In this document: positions 56,960 through 64,000 of the stretch, in pieces
How the letters are laid out: every line of letters begins with the position of its first letter
Numbering within the stretch: position 1 is the stretch's first letter
NCBI RefSeq assembly: GCF_006345805.1
Contig: NC_043014.1
Span: 10,602,001 to 10,666,000, forward strand
DNA from: Octopus sinensis
Taxonomy: Eukaryota
Direction: 5' to 3'
Length of the DNA: 64,000 bases
Program-made: the position numbers and the translations under genes
Notes under the pieces: generated by a model
What the model saw: the letters and a program-made list of their open reading frames with translations, nothing else
Told to the model about the DNA's origin: nothing
The model's database searches: none

Positions 56960-57665
56960 ATATTGTATGGAGGGCATTATTACACATAAATGCCACACGC
57001 TAAGTCATTACATAAGTCATTACTACCAAATTGAACGAATCATACCGAATGCAGCTCTCGAAGCAAGACATTTAAAAAACTTTTCGGATTTTTTTCTCTT
57101 ATGAGGTTTTTCACGCTAACTACCTGATAATTTCTTGTTAAGATTCCTTATTAAGATTTTATCCTTAATTGTTAAATTTATTCCGAAGAAAAACCTTTTC
57201 CTACCGACATGCAGTTCGAAAAAGCCCGCCATTTACCGAATATATGATGAATAAACATTTCCATGTGCTTCGCTGAGGGAAGCAGATGTCTGTTTGGCTT
57301 CGCTAGGTATGTTGGTTATGTTTATTTATGATGTGTTCAGAATCTGTTCTACTGATGAATAAAAGACGTATTTAATACGTTAATTGCGAAATCACAGGTG
57401 ATATAGAACTAAATTCAGTTTTTTAAATGTCTTGCTTCGAGAGCTGCATTAGGTATGATTAGTTAAATTTTGGTAGTAATGACTTATGTCCCTCTTAGCG
57501 TGAGGCATTTATGTGTAATAATGCCCTCTATACAATATAAATAAATATTTTCAAGTGAAAAAATTATTTTCGGATTTTTTCTCTTATGAGGTTTTTCACG
57601 CTAACTACCTGATAATTTCTTGTTAAGATTCCTTATTAAGATTTTATCCTTAATTGTTAAATTTA
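56960..57665 (+). mobile_element. PLE-like non-coding element with inverted and direct repeats around a hammerhead
   Basis: 56960-57078 inverted to 57419-57537; 57081-57180 direct to 57567-57665. Confidence 0.7.
57346..57409 (+). ncRNA. Type I hammerhead ribozyme (family 5)
   Basis: GUUCUA-CUGAUGA-..ACGUAU/AUACGU..-GAAA-UCAC(AG)GUGA-UA-UAGAAC; base of helix II unpaired in this copy. Confidence 0.7.
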
Positions 57666-58435
57666 TATATATATATATATGGATGGAAGCACTCCGTCGG
57701 TTACGACGACGAGGGTTTCGGTTGATCTGATCAACGGAACAGCCTGCTCGTGAAATTAACGAACTGTACATCTTCATCATCATAATTGCATTTTTATTTT
57801 TTATAATCTATTTTAAGTATAATTGAACAAAATGAAAGCAGTTTATACTAGGTGGTTATTAATTTTTTCCCCCAGATATATATCAGCCCCCCACACACAC
57901 ACACACACAAACATGATCATATCAGAATCACATTCAGGTTAGCCTACCATCAGTTGCAGCACAAATTGCCTCAGTCCAGGTCAGATGATCAGTAATTTCA
58001 TTTTCTAAATTGTAGACATTGTTTCTATGATTAGATGTCATTCCTAACAACGATTTTAATTAGCACAGGGGGTGCATTTTATTGTGGCACGTAAATTGGA
58101 GAAGCCATCACGTACACAGGACAAAAGTAATGCTCTGCTTTCCTATATATATATATATATACATATGTGTATGTGGAGACGCAATGGCCCAGTGGTTAGG
58201 GCAGCGGACTCGCGGTCGTAGGATCGCGGTTTCGAGTTAGCTGAAAATACGCAAAGTAAAAAGAGTACTGTATATATTATTTTATTATTTATATAATTTG
58301 CATATATTTATTTTATTGTAAATGCAAAGCAACACCAAAGAGGAATCGACGAAGCTTAAATAATAAAATACGATAGGTGAACCGCGATATGCGAGGAATT
58401 ACTGTACACACAAACACACACACATACACACACAC

Positions 58436-58471
<36 letters not shown>

Positions 58472-58483
58472 ATTATATATATA

Positions 58484-58522
<39 letters not shown>

Positions 58523-58805
58523 TATATATGTATATATATGTATGTATATAAAATATATATATATATTATATATAAATAATACATTATATATATTTCGCAA
58601 CACTTCCCCCTGCCGGAGCCACGTGGAGCTTTTAGGTGTTTTCGCTCAATAAACACTCACATCGCTAGGTCTGGGAATCGAAAATGCGAGCTTACGATCG
58701 CAAGTCCGCTGCCCTAACCATTGGGCAAGTGTTTCCTGCTACAGCCTCGGGCCGACCAAAGCCTTGTGAGCCGATTTGGTCGATGGAAACTGATTGAAGC
58801 TCGTC

Positions 58806-58843
<38 letters not shown>

Positions 58844-58859
58844 GAGAGAGAAGAGAGAG

Positions 58860-58944
<85 letters not shown>

Positions 58945-59669
58945 TAAAGATAGTAGGGAGATAGAATGAGAGATGCGTGTGTATTTAGCCTTTACGTTTA
59001 TTTCACGAATCAGTTCTTACACAACAGTAATTCTGCAATTCTGCTTCACAGAGTTACATACATCTAATATTGTGCAAGTAGCGAAGTCCCGAAGAGAGTT
59101 TTGCTTTTTCTTTTTTTTTTCAATGTAGAAAGCTGTAATAATTATGTTATCCACAATTCTCTAAGAATAAATGCGATACACGCTCATCCGATTAAGGGCG
59201 ATGTTTAGTTTGAAATTATAGCTGCCAAGTATCTTTATAAATAGAAGCTGTGCTCTATATTTATCATCCACCTCGACACAGCAGGAAAGCTGGCGATGGA
59301 AGTAAGCTATGAAATTGACGTTGACGAAAATAGCATATCCTTGTCTATAAATAAAACAAAAAGGCGGGTATAGTTGTGGTTTGGTGCGTGGGGAATAAGG
59401 TACTCACCTTTATTTATAGGGGGGAGACTGGCTAATTGAAGAACTGTGTTGCGGTAGCGGTGTAAGGAATGTATTTATGTATATGTAATAATGTCAATGA
59501 TATCTCTGTATTACAATGTGCTTTACCACTGCAAATGTATATATTCTGCTGAGGTGATTATTAGGTATGTGTACGTATGTGTTGCTTTGTATTTGCTTGT
59601 GTTTGTTTGCTTAGCTATGAAGCTGAACGGGTTGGGGTTGATGCCCCAGAGTCTATAAACGCAAACATA

Positions 59670-60109
59670 GGATCTTTTCGGTTTGAACGGCAGTTTTTTA
59701 AAATAATTTCCACGTAACTAAACACTTTTAAACTTCGTATATTGGTAGAATGTGTTTATAAAACGTCTTTTTCTCTTGGTTTTATTGAAAAAATTCTATA
59801 GTTTGTAAGATATTTGTTGCTTTTTTCTTCAATTTCTGCAATTTCAACCAATCAATGACGTCTATTGAGGTAAAAAAAAAAAAACATTCGGTGCCGTATG
59901 AATATGTCCCTCGTTTAAGAAACAGATTGGGTTTATTTACATTTCTGAAGAAAAAAAGACACCCTTCCCCCCACCCCTAACCCTAACCCTAACTAACTCT
60001 AACCCTAAAACAGACTGAAATGGAATAGATCGATACTAGGGTCATAATTATGGGTGACAATTTCATATGATACCGCTAGAAAAAACTGCCGTTCAAACCG
60101 AAAAGATCC
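59670..60109. mobile_element. Merlin-type MITE with (CCCTAA)n, copy 3
   Basis: Perfect TIRs; TSD CAAACAT(A/G). Confidence 0.8.
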
Positions 60110-60276
60110 CAAACATGGTTTACGGCCTGGTTTAGAAGCTTGGTTTGCAACCATGTGGCATCGGGTTCCGGCCTTCTGCACAGCATTTTGTGTCACTCTC
60201 CCACTATAGATGCGGGCCAACCATTACTTTGTGAGCGGATTTGGTAGAAAGAAAAGTGCATGGAATCCATCATAAA

Positions 60277-60331
<55 letters not shown>

Positions 60332-60692
60332 TTGTGTGTGTGTGTGCGTGTGTGTGTGTGTGCGTGTGTGTGTCTGTCTGTGTCTGTGTCTGTGTGAATG
60401 GGTCGAATAAATGCTGATTTGTTTGGCTGAAAGAGCGCAGATTCTGTTCAGATCTAAGATCCCTAACTTTCTATTGAGCCCCAGCTCAGAAATTTTCCTG
60501 TGTTTGAACCCCCGCCAACATCGCTTACAAACCGATGCTGGTGTGTTTACGTCCCCGTAACTTAGCGTTTCGACAAAAGAGAACCGATTGAATAAGTACT
60601 AGGCTTTCAAGGAATAAGTGCTGGGGTCTATTTGCTCGACTAAAGGCAGTGTTCCAGCATGGCCGCAGCCAAATGACTGAAACAAGTAAAAG

Positions 60693-60723
<31 letters not shown>

Positions 60724-61465
60724 ATATACACACACACAAGTGAGAGGACAAACGAAAGGAGGAGGTTCAACACATTTATTGGGAGTCACATGTATAGGTC
60801 AAAACAGTTTTATTCAAATTCGTTGGTACTCTGAGTTTCAAGCGTGATGCTAATCATTAGCCATTGCGTGAGTGCGTGTATGTTGCTTGCATGCGTACGA
60901 TGGGCTTCCGAACTGTTTTCGTTTACCAAATTCACAAGGTATTAGACAACCCGGGCATACATTAGAGAACATTTATCCAAAATGCCGCGCTTTTGTACTG
61001 AACTCGGAAACACGAGTTTACAAAGAGAGCTTCTTAACCACTCAGTCACGAAGCTATGTATGCACCTACTGGTTTCTGCGCAAGAGTTTGTTGGCTTTTC
61101 TTTGAATTTCACCTTTGAACAAGTACAACACCTGTTACGTACTAAGTTATTGGTATTTGTACTGGAAGAGATTTTTTCTGTTTACAAATTTCATCATTCA
61201 TCCGGTGTTCTAGCTATGACCGACTTGTTTTGTTTTCTGTACCTGATATGTTTGTTCAACATATTTATCTATTTTCCAGACGGTGGACATGACTCTAGCT
61301 CATGGGGTGTGGTGGGGTGACGGGTGATGGTACACTCCGTGAGGCGCTTTTATGGGAGCGGCACTATTGGGTCTGCTTTATAGGTCTCTGTAGGAGACAG
61401 GGACAGGAGATTCAAGGATGTCTCTGTACTCGAGTGAGATTTAGTTCGGTAATTAATCGAAGAGG

Positions 61466-61975
61466 TGGAGGCGCGTGGTTTAGTGGTTAGGGTGTCAGCA
61501 TCATGACCGTAAGATTGTGGTTTCGATTCCTGGACCGAGCGACGCGTTGTGTTCTTGAGCAAAACACTTCATTTCACGTTGCTCCAGACCACTCAGCTGG
61601 CAAAAATTAGTAACGCTGCGTTGGACTGGCATCCCGTCCAGCTGGGGAACATATATGCCATAGAAACCGGGAAACCGGGCCCACGAGCCTGGCTACGCTT
61701 TAAAAGGGCGCATTTATTTATTTGTGGAGGCGCGTGGCTTAGTGGTTAGGGTGTCAGCATCATGATCGTAAGATTGTGGTTTCGATTCCTGGACCGTGCG
61801 ACGCGTTGTGCTCTTGAGCAAAACACTTCATTTCATGTTGCTGCAGTCCACTCAGCTGGCAAAAATGAGTGACGCTGCGATGGACCGACGTCCCGTCCAG
61901 CTGGGGAACACATACGCCATTGAAACCAGGAAACCGGGCCCATGAGCCTGGCTTTAAAAAGGTGCATTTATTTAT
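61466..61975 (+). mobile_element. Tandem dimer of tRNA-derived SINE
   Basis: GTGGAGGCGCGTGG.TTAGTGGTTAGGG heads at ~61465 and ~61723, each ending in (ATTT)n. Confidence 0.85.
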
Positions 61976-62565
61976 TTTTATTTTTATTTAATCGAAGAGA
62001 GGCCGCACCGGGAATCCAATGTGTTCGTCATTGGCGTGTCTGACATAACAGCATTCAAGCAACTCTTTTTTGTTTGCATGTTTTTAGCGTGTTTACCAGC
62101 CACATGCCCTCAGTAATTACTGAGGGCGGGCAGTTGGTGACCTTTATGTCATAAAACACACACGCACACACACACACACACGTACTGAAAGAACTCAGAA
62201 ACAGATCAGAGTGTTCAGCTATGCGCCGAGAAAAGCAGTTCTCATGGTTTAGTGGTTGCGTAAAATAGACACCGTCAAATGACACAAATCAGTTTCGAAT
62301 CCAGCAATATATGTGTGTGTGTGTTGTGTGTGTGTGTGTGTGTATGTATGCGTGTGCGTGTGTGTGTGTAAAGAGAGAGAGAGAGAAAAAAAAAGAGAGA
62401 GAGAGAGAAAGACAGACAGACAGACAGAGAAAATTATAATTAAGGGTACCGAAGAGATACCACCTTGCCAGAAATAGCAGTCAAAACCTGACTCTAAAAC
62501 CACATCAAGTATTTATTTACATTATTTACATTCGACGGATATTTGTCCTCATCTTGTTTGTTGTC

Positions 62566-62611
62566 AACACAACGTTTCGGTTGATATACCCTCCAGCCTT
62601 CTTCAGGTATC
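62566..62611 (-). ncRNA. Minimal type I hammerhead (family 1)
   Basis: GAUAC-CUGAAGA-AGGCUG..CAACC-GAAACGUU-GUGUU. Confidence 0.7.
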
Positions 62612-62922
62612 TTGATGTAATGGATCCTCTCACGGACGATGGCATGTCCTGTCCTTTCGTTTATTCTTTTAGTTTTATGTAAATCGACTAGTGTCATTAT
62701 ATTCAAGCTAGGCGGTATTAGCTTTGAGTCTCTACATCTACATAAGAAAGTCAGATGGTTTGAAAGACGAGCTCGTTTTTGAAGAAGTTTCTCTATATGT
62801 CTCCATTGAAGTCTCATGTCGACTCCGTACCGATTAGATAATACAGTTCTATATTTAAGAGATGAGGAATTATTTACATTATTTACATTCGACGGATATT
62901 TGTCCTCATCTTGTTTGTTGTT

Positions 62923-62968
62923 AACACAACGTTTCGGCTGGTATACCCTCCAGCTTTCTTCAGGTGTC
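62923..62968 (-). ncRNA. Minimal type I hammerhead (family 1)
   Basis: GACAC-CUGAAGA-AAGCUG..CAGCC-GAAACGUU-GUGUU. Confidence 0.7.
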
Positions 62969-63197
62969 GAATATAAATGATGTAAATAATGTACATAATT
63001 CCTCATCTCTTAAATATAGAAAAGTATTTATTTGTTCTTTTATCTTTTCACCTGTGGTTTTAGAGTCAGGCTTTGACTGCTATTTCTAGCATGGTGTTAT
63101 CTCTTAATCATAATTTTAATAATAATTATTATATAAGGTTTATTTTTCCATACTGGCCACTTGATATGATCGCTATTTTAAATTATGGTCCTATCGT

Positions 63198-63338
63198 CTT
63201 AGGAATGAAAACCCAGGTTCGAAATTTCCCCAAGACACCTGATGAGGGCAGGTGGGTATATCAGCCGAAACATTGTGTTGACAACAAACACGATGAAGAC
63301 AAATATCCGTCGAATCTAAATAATGTAAATAATGTAAA
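63198..63338 (+). mobile_element. PLE family-1 pseudo-LTR with degenerate hammerhead (63234-63279)
   Basis: GACAC-CUGAUGA..CAGCC-GAAACAUU-GUGUU. Confidence 0.7.
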
Positions 63339-63690
63339 CATTGTGTACTGGCTAATGGTTTCGGCTCTCATTTGAAAGATTCTTTTTCTTCTCAGAATTT
63401 TTGTTTTATGAGTTATTAGGTGGACCAAACAGAAAGTAGCTGAATATAGTCCTCTGCACCAAGTGTTATTGTTTAAAATCAAGATTGAAATAATGTTTGT
63501 TGAAAATATCGTACTTTACAAGTAATTATATCTCAGGTCAGAAAGGAGGTTTAAATTCTTTCGTGGAAAGTGAAATAAACAATTTAGGCTGACGGTTCAG
63601 GTAAAAACGGATGTTCCATACACTCACATATATGCATGTATGCCTGTGTTATATATATGTATATATATGTATATATATATATGTATATAT

Positions 63691-63737
<47 letters not shown>

Positions 63738-63740
63738 TAT

Positions 63741-63792
<52 letters not shown>

Positions 63793-64000
63793 TTATATGT
63801 GTGTGTGTGTTGGTGTCGGAGTCTGTGCATGCGAAAGTGTGGTGTAGTAGTAATATATACATATGTATAAACAGAACGGTGCAGTGGCGAAGGACAATTG
63901 CTGGTAAGTGTAGATAAAATGAACAAACTGCTGTACAAGAGCGAGGAAAGTAATTACGCCCTAAAACAAGCAGACGTCGAGAATATAAACTTAGGTAGAA

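Larger units (their letters stand above)
62519..63021 (-). mobile_element. Mini Penelope-like element: two tandem hammerhead pseudo-LTRs flanking the ORF N-terminus, 12-bp TSD
   Basis: RYG..EKLLQKRARLSNHLTFLCRCRDSKLIPPSL resembles PLE N-termini; TSD AAGTATTTATTT at 62507-62518 and 63022-63033. Confidence 0.8.

Overview
Gene-free, repeat-saturated eukaryotic window. The SINE families and extreme (GATA)n/(TATG)n/(CA)n/(TA)n content point to an octopus-type cephalopod genome (inference). No host exon could be supported: nearly all tracked ORFs are microsatellite or SINE read-through. Identifiable content: Tx1/L1-type LINE 3' ends always embedded in (GATA)n, R4/Dong-type RLE LINE fragments next to (TAA)n, RTE and CR1/jockey-like relics, three tRNA-derived SINE families, a deleted mariner, piggyBac-, Merlin- and mariner-type MITEs, two Helitron-like elements, local tandem duplications and a 100-N gap. 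The main hidden signal is a dense and diverse set of type I hammerhead ribozyme (HHR) motifs: about ten recognisable copies from at least five unrelated sequence families, plus several degenerate ones. Several sit in Penelope-like element (PLE) pseudo-LTRs next to PLE ORF or GIY-YIG fragments. They include a TSD-flanked ~500-bp mini-PLE with two tandem HHRs 357 nt apart, a candidate retrozyme-like circular-RNA unit. All calls were made by eye, with no database searches.
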